Notes under the pieces: generated by a model
Told to the model about the DNA's origin: nothing
The model's input: the letters and a program-made list of their open reading frames with translations, nothing else
Databases searched by the model: none
Made by a program: the position numbers and the translations under genes
Virus record (IMG/VR): IMGVR_UViG_3300045988_133018
Strand: one strand, 5' to 3'
Source of the DNA: a virus
DNA: 36,270 nt
In this document: positions 1 through 8,175 of the stretch, one piece after another
Numbering within the stretch: position 1 is the stretch's first letter
Layout: each line of letters begins with the position of its first letter

Positions 1-95
1 ATTTTTTTTTGCTTATTGCAGTTATTATAATTAATGTTATACAAATTATTAATGTTATTATTATACTATTCATTTTCTTTCCTTCCTTTAATAAG
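1..95. repeat. Direct terminal repeat, copy 1, identical to 36176..36270. This is the signature of a circularly closed or terminally redundant contig (unit length 36175 bp).
   Basis: Compared base by base: ATTTTTTTTTGCTTATTGCAG...CCTTCCTTTAATAAG is present at both window ends, 95/95 identical. Confidence 0.95.
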
Positions 96-188
96 CATTA
101 CAATTCCAACAACTATACTTATTAATAATATTGCCATAATAGGTAATATAAAATATTTTAAAATCATATACATTATTGCATTTATCAT
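66..188 (-). CDS. Hydrophobic micro-protein (40 aa), third of four coupled micro-ORFs
   Basis: Hand translation gives MINAIMYMILKYFILPIMAILLISIVVGIVMLIKGRKENE. AGGAGG lies 6 nt upstream of the ATG at 188. ATGA stop/start overlap with the upstream micro-ORF. Below the 60-aa ORF-track cutoff. Confidence 0.4.
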   Translation of the reverse strand: MINAIMYMILKYFILPIMAILLISIVVGIVMLIKGRKENE

Positions 189-265
189 TCTTTACCTCCT
201 ACAATAATTCCCATAAATAAAGCACCTGAAATAACTCCTACGATTAAGCCCAACAAGAAGTTCAT
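185..265 (-). CDS. Hydrophobic micro-protein (26 aa), second of four coupled micro-ORFs
   Basis: Hand translation gives MNFLLGLIVGVISGALFMGIIVGGKE. ATGA overlaps at both ends (265-262 and 188-185). Confidence 0.35.
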   Translation of the reverse strand: MNFLLGLIVGVISGALFMGIIVGGKE

Positions 266-372
266 TTTTTATCACATCCTATTATTAATAAAATTATATA
301 TAATATTAATACACATAATCCTATAAAAGCTCCTATAACTTCTATTTTTGCTCTTAGTTCTAGCCAAAACAT
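262..372 (-). CDS. Hydrophobic micro-protein (36 aa), first of four coupled micro-ORFs
   Basis: Hand translation gives MFWLELRAKIEVIGAFIGLCVLILYIILLIIGCDKK. The ATG at 372 overlaps the stop of ORF 372..617 (TAATG). AGGAG lies about 10 nt upstream. Confidence 0.35.
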   Translation of the reverse strand: MFWLELRAKIEVIGAFIGLCVLILYIILLIIGCDKK

Positions 373-617
373 TATTTATCATCTCCTAATCTAAAAATAT
401 AATTTCCATTAACTAAATCTTCAACTTGTATAATATTGTGTTCTTTGCAGAATTCTCTCAATATATCAGCATAGTTATTACACTCAAAACTTGCAAAATC
501 TAAAATTTTCATCTCATATAATGTTATTTCAATTTCTTTCACATTGCCTTTTATTAAGTCTTGAAATTTGTTTAGAACTTTAACATAAATATTATTTTCA
601 GTTGTCATTATTCCCAC
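372..617 (-). CDS. Hypothetical protein (81 aa)
   Basis: Minus-strand ORF that tiles with its neighbours and overlaps the upstream ORF. No motif recognised. Confidence 0.6.
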   Translation of the reverse strand: MGIMTTENNIYVKVLNKFQDLIKGNVKEIEITLYEMKILDFASFECNNYADILREFCKEHNIIQVEDLVNGNYIFRLGDDK

Positions 618-1083
618 CTATTATTTCTCTATATTTTTGTAAAATCTCTTCAAGAATTATTCTTCTTGTATATGCTTTTTGTGAAGATAACTTTAAATTC
701 TCTTTCTCATCTTCATACATTAAGAAATATAATTTTTCTTGATTTTCTGCCATCAATGTTTCTTGTTGTTGTATTTTATCTTCTAACCACTCTATAAACT
801 CTTTTTGTTCTCTATATTTATCCTGTAATCTTTCATAATAATTATCTCTATCATCTCTTAATTCAAATTGAATATCACTCGCTTTTTCTTGAAATTCTAT
901 ATATTCTTCTTGCAATTTTTCAAGTTGTTTCTTTAATTTCTCATGTTCTTCTTCATCATAACAATGTGTAGTCCCTTTTAATTGTGATTTTAATTCTTGG
1001 TTTTCAACCAATAAAGGGTAATAAAAATTATCATATAATTCTTCCATATTTTCGCATTTATCGTATAGTTCTTCTCTAGTCAT
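598..1083 (-). CDS. Hypothetical coiled-coil protein (161 aa)
   Basis: E/K/Q-rich heptad-like sequence (KLKKQLEKLQEEYIEFQEK...). Tiles in the minus-strand gene chain. Confidence 0.6.
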   Translation of the reverse strand: MTREELYDKCENMEELYDNFYYPLLVENQELKSQLKGTTHCYDEEEHEKLKKQLEKLQEEYIEFQEKASDIQFELRDDRDNYYERLQDKYREQKEFIEWLEDKIQQQETLMAENQEKLYFLMYEDEKENLKLSSQKAYTRRIILEEILQKYREIIGGNNDN

Positions 1084-1090
1084 TTACTCA

Positions 1091-1345
1091 TCACTCTCTA
1101 CTTTCTTTTAAATAACATTTTATTTTATTTTGTGTATCTCTTTTATTATAAAACCATTCTAGGTCAACATTATCTTTTAGCCATATACCCTTTTCGGTAT
1201 GACAATTAAAATATTTAACTGGTATAAATACTAATTGTTTACTTAAACCTATTCTACAATTTACTGCGTTTCCTCTTATAGCAATTGGAAGAAAAGGTAT
1301 ATCATGTAAATAAAAATAATATTTTGTTTCATAAGGACTTTTCAT
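1091..1345 (-). CDS. Hypothetical protein (84 aa)
   Basis: Minus-strand ORF with a 4-nt overlap with the upstream ORF (1342..1345). Confidence 0.6.
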   Translation of the reverse strand: MKSPYETKYYFYLHDIPFLPIAIRGNAVNCRIGLSKQLVFIPVKYFNCHTEKGIWLKDNVDLEWFYNKRDTQNKIKCYLKESRE

Positions 1346-1641
1346 TCTGATACCTTTATTCTTTCTAATTGTCTCTCTATCTTTTGCTCTTTTATCTTTT
1401 GTATACTTTCTTCATTTAGATTATAATATACTTTAATTTGTTCTAACATCATTGTTAAATCTGCATATTCTTCTTCTATATGTTTATCTAATGGTTTTAT
1501 ATCTTGTATTTCAGTATCAAAATTCCAATGTATTTCTCTTTCAATTACTGCTTCTATAAATTCAAACATTTCCGTTTGCATATACTTTAATTGCGGTATT
1601 ACACCATAATGTTCTATTATTTGCTTTTCTTTCTCTTTCAT
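1342..1641 (-). CDS. Putative MazG-like nucleotide pyrophosphohydrolase (99 aa)
   Basis: Small all-helical protein with paired acidic motifs (EMFEFIEAVIE ... EEEYADLTMMLEQI), as in small phage MazG-like enzymes. Judged by eye only. Confidence 0.4.
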   Translation of the reverse strand: MKEKEKQIIEHYGVIPQLKYMQTEMFEFIEAVIEREIHWNFDTEIQDIKPLDKHIEEEYADLTMMLEQIKVYYNLNEESIQKIKEQKIERQLERIKVSE

Positions 1642-1907
1642 TCTAACGCCTCATTTAATATATCTAATAATTTTCCAACTTCTTCAGAAGATAAATTTAC
1701 ATTAATATGCCCTTTTTCATTTATGGAACATTCTAATATATATTCTATTGCTTTATCAATAACTTCTTTTTGCTTTTTATTCTTATTTTTTAATATTTGA
1801 ATTTGCCTCTGCAAATCCCTTTTCATTTTTTCATAGCCTAATATCCTTCTTCTCCAGTTATCAATTTTTCTTTCAGATGCAGGATATAAATCATAATTCT
1901 TACTCAT
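1638..1907 (-). CDS. Hypothetical protein (89 aa)
   Basis: Minus-strand ORF with a 4-nt overlap with the downstream gene. Confidence 0.6.
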   Translation of the reverse strand: MSKNYDLYPASERKIDNWRRRILGYEKMKRDLQRQIQILKNKNKKQKEVIDKAIEYILECSINEKGHINVNLSSEEVGKLLDILNEALE

Positions 1908-1909
1908 AA

Positions 1910-2236
1910 TTATTTCTCCTCTTTAAAAATTTCTTTAATTGGTACAGCCTTTCCATCAAAAATATATTTATATTCCTTTACTTGCTTAACTGTTCCATCT
2001 TCTAATTCACATATAGGACTTCCTTGTCCACCACGACCTATATTCTCAAATTTATATGAACAATTTTTAGCAATGCCATTGTTATTATCTAAATCAATAT
2101 ATTCATAATGATATTGTTTCTTTGGAAAACAACTTATTATTAACCCTAAAATTATTAAACATATAAAAGCTAAGAAAATTGAACCTAGCCATTTTAATAT
2201 AGTTATATACCATTTTTCTTCATAATAATCAAACAT
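1910..2236 (-). CDS. Membrane-anchored hypothetical protein (108 aa)
   Basis: N-terminal hydrophobic helix (ITILKWLGSIFLAFICLIILGLIISCF) followed by a soluble domain. Confidence 0.6.
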   Translation of the reverse strand: MFDYYEEKWYITILKWLGSIFLAFICLIILGLIISCFPKKQYHYEYIDLDNNNGIAKNCSYKFENIGRGGQGSPICELEDGTVKQVKEYKYIFDGKAVPIKEIFKEEK

Positions 2237-2238
2237 AA

Positions 2239-2376
2239 TTATTTCTCTTCTTTCATTTTTTCTTCAATTGCCTTTAATATAAAATCTTTAATAGTCATAT
2301 TGCTTTCATGTGCTTTTGTTTCAATCTCTTTTAAATATTCCTCTGTAAATTGTAAAGGATATGTTTTTATTTTCAT
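2239..2376 (-). CDS. Ribbon-helix-helix (CopG/Arc-like) DNA-binding protein, 45 aa
   Basis: Hand translation gives MKIKTYPLQFTEEYLKEIETKAHESNMTIKDFILKAIEEKMKEEK, a beta-strand followed by two helices. AGGAGGTG RBS upstream of the ATG at 2376. Below the ORF-track cutoff. Confidence 0.5.
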   Translation of the reverse strand: MKIKTYPLQFTEEYLKEIETKAHESNMTIKDFILKAIEEKMKEEK

Positions 2377-2411
2377 TTGTTCACCTCCTAAATATATAAG
2401 CAAGAGAAGTT

Positions 2412-2507
2412 TTATACTTCTCTTACATATTTTTTGTTTTCTTGCAGTTCTTTAAGTTTATTTATTATTTCACTTAATGAACCTTTAAGAATCAATCTTG
2501 TTTTCAT
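2412..2507 (-). CDS. Possible 31-aa leader micro-ORF
   Basis: GAGGGAG RBS followed by an ATG at 2507. Translation MKTRLILKGSLSEIINKLKELQENKKYVREV. Its stop codon lies in the loop of a 9-bp hairpin (2402..2424). Confidence 0.25.
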   Translation of the reverse strand: MKTRLILKGSLSEIINKLKELQENKKYVREV

Positions 2508-2531
2508 ATTTCTCCCTCACTTTCTATATTA

Positions 2532-2560
2532 ATTATAACATAAGTTAGTTAGTTAGTCAA
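2532..2560 (-). promoter_or_regulatory. SigA-type promoter, TTGACT-17 nt-TATAAT
   Basis: Minus-strand reading is TTGACTaactaactaacttatgtTATAAT, with the spacer counted as 17 nt. It lies in a gap upstream of the small-gene cassette. Confidence 0.6.
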
Positions 2561-2586
2561 TAATTTTTGATAAAAAAAGAAAGATT

Positions 2587-2805
2587 TTACTCTTCCTCAC
2601 ATAATTTTTTTTCAAGTTCTTTAAAAATGTATTCTTTTGGTTCTTCTAAATTTGAAACGTAAACTTCTGTTCCTGTTACAACAAGTACATTTTTCTTTTT
2701 AGAACTATTGTATTTTATTTCTAAGTTCGCTATTTCATAATCATTTGCCTTTTTCAAATAGTAAACATTATTCGACTGGTATATCATTATTAACCTCGCT
2801 TTCAC
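2587..2805 (-). CDS. Hypothetical protein (72 aa)
   Basis: Minus-strand ORF overlapping the 3' end of the fibre-like gene. Confidence 0.55.
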   Translation of the reverse strand: MKARLIMIYQSNNVYYLKKANDYEIANLEIKYNSSKKKNVLVVTGTEVYVSNLEEPKEYIFKELEKKLCEEE

Positions 2806-4594
2806 TTGTTTTTGCTGTTTCCAATGCTGTTAGTCTGTTATTTATGTCTATAAGTTCCTGCTTTAATGTTTTTTCATTTATCTGTAAGTTTTGAACCGTT
2901 TTAGTAAAATTTCTATAATATTTTGCATTAATTTGTGGTAGTAAATCACTATCAGTAAATATGTTTGTAATCTCATCATAAGATAAAGGCATATCTACTA
3001 TTCCTAAATCGACTTCGTATGGGTTTTCTAGCACATAATATACTTCTGTATTATGAGTTGATAGCCAATTGTTGAACCCATTATTCGAAACTTCCTCGAG
3101 TCTTGATTGTGAAATCTTTATTTGCAATAGATTATTACTTGAACCACCGGTAGAGATATTTTCAGAATTACTTGCCCAACCATTAGATAAATAAGTAAAT
3201 TTATCAGAAATCATTGGTGAACTTGATTTGATAGCAGTTCCTATATTAAATTGTGCAACAAATTTATCATCATTAATCACTTTTGAATAGCTAATTGGTT
3301 GAGTTCCATTTAAAACAGTCTTACTAACAATCTTATTTAATACTAAATGATGCTTTCCGTCCTCTTTATAAACTACCTTTAATGTATCTTTATAAGTGTC
3401 ATCTATTTTGGCTACAAATTCTCCTTCTGGAAGGTTGGCAGTTATGACACTTTCAAGATAATTTTCTTCTGTTTCATCTTTTCCATTATTACTAGTCACA
3501 CGCAAACTATCTGTTATTGTTTTAATTTCTTGCGGATAATCAGGTGAAGGTGTTGCTTGTTGTTCGCAAACACCATCGACACTAAGCTCTTGTAATTCTG
3601 CCCAAGCACTATCTTGAACATTGATAAAACTGTCGCTTGCTGTTCCTGTTTCAAGAATATCATTTTTAACTCGTTCTAATTCGTTTCTTGTTTTTTTAGC
3701 CCTGTTGTCTACTTCATCTAGTTGCTCTTTTGTAACTTCGCCATTCGTAACATCAAAAGTTGTTTGAGTTCCATCAGTATAATGGATAGCATAAGTATCT
3801 ACGTTTTCTACTGTTGATACTTTTTCGATGTTTTGAATTCCGTTTCCTGTATCACCCTTATCCCCTTTGCTGCCCTTTAATTCAACAAATTGATAAGTCG
3901 TTTCTTTAGAATTTTTAACGCCTAGTTTAGTACCATCCCATTTGTAATTAAAATCAGCACCGTCAAACTCGCCATTGTCAACTTGCACTTTTAAGTTGCT
4001 TATGTATTCTTCCCTTGCATTTTCATTAGTTTTACGTTCTTCTTCGGCTTTTTTTCTAGCAAGTTCATTCTTTATCCTAGTTTGCTCGTTTGTCTCTCTA
4101 ACAGTCTCATTTTCTTGCCTAACGGTTTCATTTTGCTGTCTAGTGGTTTCTTGATTTTGCCTGGTTTCTTCATCTTTAGTAACTTTTTCATTTAATTCAG
4201 TTACTTTTTGAATTAATTCATCTAAAATTACAACTTTAGGCTCGTCTGGTTTAATATCATCATCGCAAACAATAGCATTTTCAATATAAATTTTCAAAAT
4301 TGATGTTCTAGCCACGATTTCATCTTCATTTTCAATTTTAAAAAAAGCAATAGACATTTCTAATTCATCATATTGTGTCATATCTCTTGTTAAAGTCAAT
4401 GTGTTATCTGTTATGTTGTCAAAGCTTTTTGCAAAAGTCTTGTCATTAGCTTTAAAACAAGCTTTTCTGCCAAAGTTTTTGTATTCTTCAGGTATTTCAA
4501 ATTGTAATTTTTCAATTTTATTTTCTTCTAAGTATCCAACAACCAAACATGATACATTTAATTTCCTGCCATCTTCAATTTTAATTATCTTCAT
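2768..4594 (-). CDS. Fibre-like structural protein (608 aa): BppU-like N-terminus, NExxR coiled-coil repeats and a short collagen-like run
   Basis: Repeats ETRQNQETTRQQNETVRQENETVRETNEQTRIKNE, then G-X-Y x4 (GSKGDKGDTGNG). The start overlaps the portal stop by 14 nt. These features are typical of Firmicute phage fibres. Confidence 0.5.
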   Translation of the reverse strand: MKIIKIEDGRKLNVSCLVVGYLEENKIEKLQFEIPEEYKNFGRKACFKANDKTFAKSFDNITDNTLTLTRDMTQYDELEMSIAFFKIENEDEIVARTSILKIYIENAIVCDDDIKPDEPKVVILDELIQKVTELNEKVTKDEETRQNQETTRQQNETVRQENETVRETNEQTRIKNELARKKAEEERKTNENAREEYISNLKVQVDNGEFDGADFNYKWDGTKLGVKNSKETTYQFVELKGSKGDKGDTGNGIQNIEKVSTVENVDTYAIHYTDGTQTTFDVTNGEVTKEQLDEVDNRAKKTRNELERVKNDILETGTASDSFINVQDSAWAELQELSVDGVCEQQATPSPDYPQEIKTITDSLRVTSNNGKDETEENYLESVITANLPEGEFVAKIDDTYKDTLKVVYKEDGKHHLVLNKIVSKTVLNGTQPISYSKVINDDKFVAQFNIGTAIKSSSPMISDKFTYLSNGWASNSENISTGGSSNNLLQIKISQSRLEEVSNNGFNNWLSTHNTEVYYVLENPYEVDLGIVDMPLSYDEITNIFTDSDLLPQINAKYYRNFTKTVQNLQINEKTLKQELIDINNRLTALETAKTSESEVNNDIPVE

Positions 4595-6044
4595 CTTCTA
4601 CCTCCAATTTTGAACTTGTTAAACTATCTTCTTCATTGATTAAAGCAAGTTCTTTTTTTGCTTCTTCTTCACTCATTCCATAGAATTTCATTAAATAACC
4701 TACTTTACTTCTTAGCCCCATAGACATTTCATTTCTATATTCTTCTTTTTGGTCTTCTTCACTATTTAAGAAGCCATCTTTATCAACTAAACTAATTGTA
4801 TCGTTTTCATCTACATGTTCATTAAAGAATAATCTTCCTATCATTAAAATGCTTCTAATAATTCCAACAGTATATTTATTTAAAGCCGAACGGTGTTTTT
4901 TAGCATTTCCAACAAGGTCTTTATTATCTAATATAGCCTGTGTTGCTGTAACAACTCCACCTTGTTCGAACTTATAATAAGCCTTCCCTAGCCCACTTTT
5001 GAAAGCAAGTATATTAAGTGCTAGGTTTAGCCCATTTTCATTGTCAGTTTCTCTTAAATCTGGATTATGTTCATGAATTAATGTATCACTATTAACATCT
5101 GCATCATCACCGATAATTTGGAATTGTTGCTTAGTAATGTCATCTGGGTATATTGGAACTTCTTGAACTACAACTTCGCCTGTTTCTTCATCTGTATATG
5201 TTTGTGTATAATATTTCGTTAATTTCTTATTGTAAAATACTTTCTTGCCACCTAAATAAAAGTCTTTCATAAAGTTGTTATAGACAATATCTACACCTTG
5301 CAATTGGTCTATTGCGTTTGCATAAACACTAATACCAAGCCCATTATTTTCTCTAATGTTGTTTACTATTCTGGGCATTAATAAATTGAATAAAGGCACT
5401 GTCGAACCAGTTTCATACTCTTTAACTACTCCTGCATTTTCAATTTCATTACCTTGCTCATCAATATATATGTTTTGTATATGGTATCCATCTTTTTTAA
5501 GTTCGTGAATTTCTATATAAAAAGCATTTTTGTTATTAATAACACTTTTTGAAACAAAAGCAACATCAATTATTACACCATCAATTATTTTCAAAGGTAT
5601 TATTTGGCTAGCATTTACACTAACTAAATTCAAAGTAGTATTTTCATCAGCAACTATCTTTTTATTAACTATTTTAGCATTTTTAATTCTTACAATAGTT
5701 CCACAAGTACCACTCCAAAAAGCAGTTTCAATATTATCTGGTATTTTATCGTTAAATTCTAACTTTTCAAGCCACTTGTTAACGAACACTTGATTCTGTT
5801 TATTTTCGCAAACAATACTATCTCTTTCAGTGTAAAGAATACTGCTCCAGTCCTCACATAGCCTTTTAGCCATACCAAGTTTAAACAATTCTCTTTTATC
5901 ACCATTTTGGTCATGGTATTCATGAAATTTTTTTACATAATTTTCATACCATTCTTTCCATAATTCAACATAACCATAATAGCTTGTACTAGGATTGTAA
6001 CCTAGCGTTCCTAAATATTTAATTACTACATTATTACTATCCAT
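4581..6044 (-). CDS. Portal protein (SPP1 gp6-like)
   Basis: 487 aa, immediately downstream of TerL. Acidic C-terminal tail. Size and position are typical of a portal protein. Confidence 0.8.
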   Translation of the reverse strand: MDSNNVVIKYLGTLGYNPSTSYYGYVELWKEWYENYVKKFHEYHDQNGDKRELFKLGMAKRLCEDWSSILYTERDSIVCENKQNQVFVNKWLEKLEFNDKIPDNIETAFWSGTCGTIVRIKNAKIVNKKIVADENTTLNLVSVNASQIIPLKIIDGVIIDVAFVSKSVINNKNAFYIEIHELKKDGYHIQNIYIDEQGNEIENAGVVKEYETGSTVPLFNLLMPRIVNNIRENNGLGISVYANAIDQLQGVDIVYNNFMKDFYLGGKKVFYNKKLTKYYTQTYTDEETGEVVVQEVPIYPDDITKQQFQIIGDDADVNSDTLIHEHNPDLRETDNENGLNLALNILAFKSGLGKAYYKFEQGGVVTATQAILDNKDLVGNAKKHRSALNKYTVGIIRSILMIGRLFFNEHVDENDTISLVDKDGFLNSEEDQKEEYRNEMSMGLRSKVGYLMKFYGMSEEEAKKELALINEEDSLTSSKLEVEDEDN

Positions 6045-6045
6045 T

Positions 6046-7362
6046 TTATCCTCCTAAATTTGTTTTTAATAATATTTTATACCAATTTTCAACACTGTAA
6101 TTGTAAGCGTCCAAAGTATCTACATCAAAAGTCCCGTCATCAACGTATCGGTCATCATCAGCATTTGGGTCTTGTACTGCCTCTTGTAATGAAGTAACAA
6201 TCCCCTTTGTGTTATTTTCAACAAACTTAATCTTACTTAACATCATAAGCATATTTATAGCATAAATACGGCTCGAAATAGGTGTCTTAATACTGTCTTT
6301 AATTGGTATGTGTAAATGTAACTCGTCAAGTGCCTCTTGTAAAGCACTTATAAGTATCTGCTCGGCACAATCAGCCCATATATAGTCTATGTGTCCATAC
6401 TTCTCAATAATAAACAAAATATGCTCTTTAAATGCCTTTTTAAGCTGTTTTAATTTCTTATGAATATCATCTATAATTTCAGTCCTATCACTTCGCAAGA
6501 CTGTTATTCCTGTATAACTTCGTGGGATAGAACTTGTTACGAATGAGTGAGCCGAACCATTTCCACCAAAATCCACTCCAGTAGAAATAATACCGCCACT
6601 ACAACTAGGCACTAAGAAGTCTTTTTCTCGTTCTATTATTGGCGTGAATAAGAAACTCTCGTTTGCTACTCTTTTACCTAGAATATCTCGCTTGTACCAA
6701 ATAGAAGTCTTGTCATAAGTACTTAACCTTTGTTTTAACTTTTCATTGCTAATAGACAAATTATCAAATATATTAAACTCTTCATAATTAAAACCATAAT
6801 CAGGGTTTTCTCTCTGCTGTTCTTCGTGAAAAGCCAAGTATTCAGTATAATACCAATGCTTAGGGCTTTTAGGGTTTAAATCGTGAAATATCTTTCTATC
6901 ATCACTTGATAAAGTTCTATCTTCAACTTCTTTTAAAAATGATGGGTCACACTCGTTTGCTTCGGTAACATAAGCCATTCCGTAAGTATTACCTTTGATA
7001 GTCTTGTAAGAGTTAGCCTTGCCACCACCTGCAACTAATAAAATTTTTTCTTTTCCATCAGCGGTATTTATATAAATAGCGTCTCTGTTCTTATATTTTC
7101 CCTCTCGACATCGTCCAGCAAAATAATTAAGTATCCCATATCCATCACAATCAATTATATTAAGCCTTGCCGACGTGCTATCATATCCAGCAATCAAAAA
7201 TAATTTGTTTGGGTGGTTTTCTAATGCTATGCAAAAGGCTAGCCCATTTGTAACGTTCTTGCCACCACGTTTGCCACCATGAGCAACATTAAACCAACTT
7301 GTTTGGCACTTTCTAATATAATTAGCTTGTTTTTCACAAAGAGGCGCTAATTGATTAAACAT
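6046..7362 (-). CDS. terL: Terminase large subunit
   Basis: 438 aa. N-terminal P-loop-like GGKRGGKN. Overlaps TerS by 8 nt. Followed by the portal gene. Confidence 0.8.
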   Translation of the reverse strand: MFNQLAPLCEKQANYIRKCQTSWFNVAHGGKRGGKNVTNGLAFCIALENHPNKLFLIAGYDSTSARLNIIDCDGYGILNYFAGRCREGKYKNRDAIYINTADGKEKILLVAGGGKANSYKTIKGNTYGMAYVTEANECDPSFLKEVEDRTLSSDDRKIFHDLNPKSPKHWYYTEYLAFHEEQQRENPDYGFNYEEFNIFDNLSISNEKLKQRLSTYDKTSIWYKRDILGKRVANESFLFTPIIEREKDFLVPSCSGGIISTGVDFGGNGSAHSFVTSSIPRSYTGITVLRSDRTEIIDDIHKKLKQLKKAFKEHILFIIEKYGHIDYIWADCAEQILISALQEALDELHLHIPIKDSIKTPISSRIYAINMLMMLSKIKFVENNTKGIVTSLQEAVQDPNADDDRYVDDGTFDVDTLDAYNYSVENWYKILLKTNLGG

Positions 7363-7759
7363 CTTTTTCGCTCCTATTTGGTTTAGGGTTGTTTAATAAA
7401 TCAGCTATGTTAGATACGTTTTTGTTTATATTTTCAACTTCACTACTTGAATGTTCTATTTTATCTTTCCAATCAAAATTGTTTTTCAAATTGAAAATTA
7501 CCCCAGAATTATTGCCTAAACGATATAAACATTCTTCAAGTTGCATTTGAACTTTATCACGTGCTTTTTTTATAGTGTGGAAATATTCTTCATTTTTAGA
7601 ATAGTTTAATAATGTTTTTCTATCTATTCCTAAATAATAGGCAAGCCCACTCATTGTATAAGGTTTTTCCTTTTCTTCACAATAGTTGAAGTAGGCATTT
7701 ATTTTTTCTTCTACCTCTTCAACACTTTTAAATGCTCTAGGTCTCCCTACTTCTCCCAT
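7355..7759 (-). CDS. terS: Terminase small subunit
   Basis: N-terminal GRPRAF...EEVEEKINAYFNYCEE...PYTMSGLAYYLGI HTH and C-terminal FNLKNNFDWKDK, the pattern of Firmicute phage small terminases. Confidence 0.75.
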   Translation of the reverse strand: MGEVGRPRAFKSVEEVEEKINAYFNYCEEKEKPYTMSGLAYYLGIDRKTLLNYSKNEEYFHTIKKARDKVQMQLEECLYRLGNNSGVIFNLKNNFDWKDKIEHSSSEVENINKNVSNIADLLNNPKPNRSEKDV

Positions 7760-7762
7760 AAA

Positions 7763-7969
7763 TTAATCTTCCTTATCTTCTCTAATTTCCTTTTTTAATA
7801 AAGGTTTATCTTCTAAAATTTTCCCCTCGGCAACAAAACCTTTTGATAATAATTCTTCGTATCTTGCACGTTCAAGTGTAATTGGCTCATCTTTTTCATA
7901 AGTTTTAAAGTTATCTTTGCTGTCATTAAAGCCTTTTAAAACTGTCGTTTTCACTTTGTAATTTTTCAT
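7763..7969 (-). CDS. Hypothetical protein (68 aa)
   Basis: Minus-strand ORF tiling between neighbours. Confidence 0.55.
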   Translation of the reverse strand: MKNYKVKTTVLKGFNDSKDNFKTYEKDEPITLERARYEELLSKGFVAEGKILEDKPLLKKEIREDKED

Positions 7970-8175
7970 TTAATATCATCTCCTAATTTTAATATTTTCT
8001 TAATTTCTTCCAAAGAAATATCATCCCAAATATACTCCCAAAATAAATCTAATTTCCACGCTTTATAATTTTGAGAATAGAAATTGTTCTTATATTTCTT
8101 CAAAGTTTCATTGTTTAATTTTATCACATTTTCTTTTTCTTTGCAAACAGCACTAACCAACATCTTAATATTCAT
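7966..8175 (-). CDS. Hypothetical protein (69 aa)
   Basis: Minus-strand ORF with 4-nt overlaps at both ends. Confidence 0.55.
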   Translation of the reverse strand: MNIKMLVSAVCKEKENVIKLNNETLKKYKNNFYSQNYKAWKLDLFWEYIWDDISLEEIKKILKLGDDIK

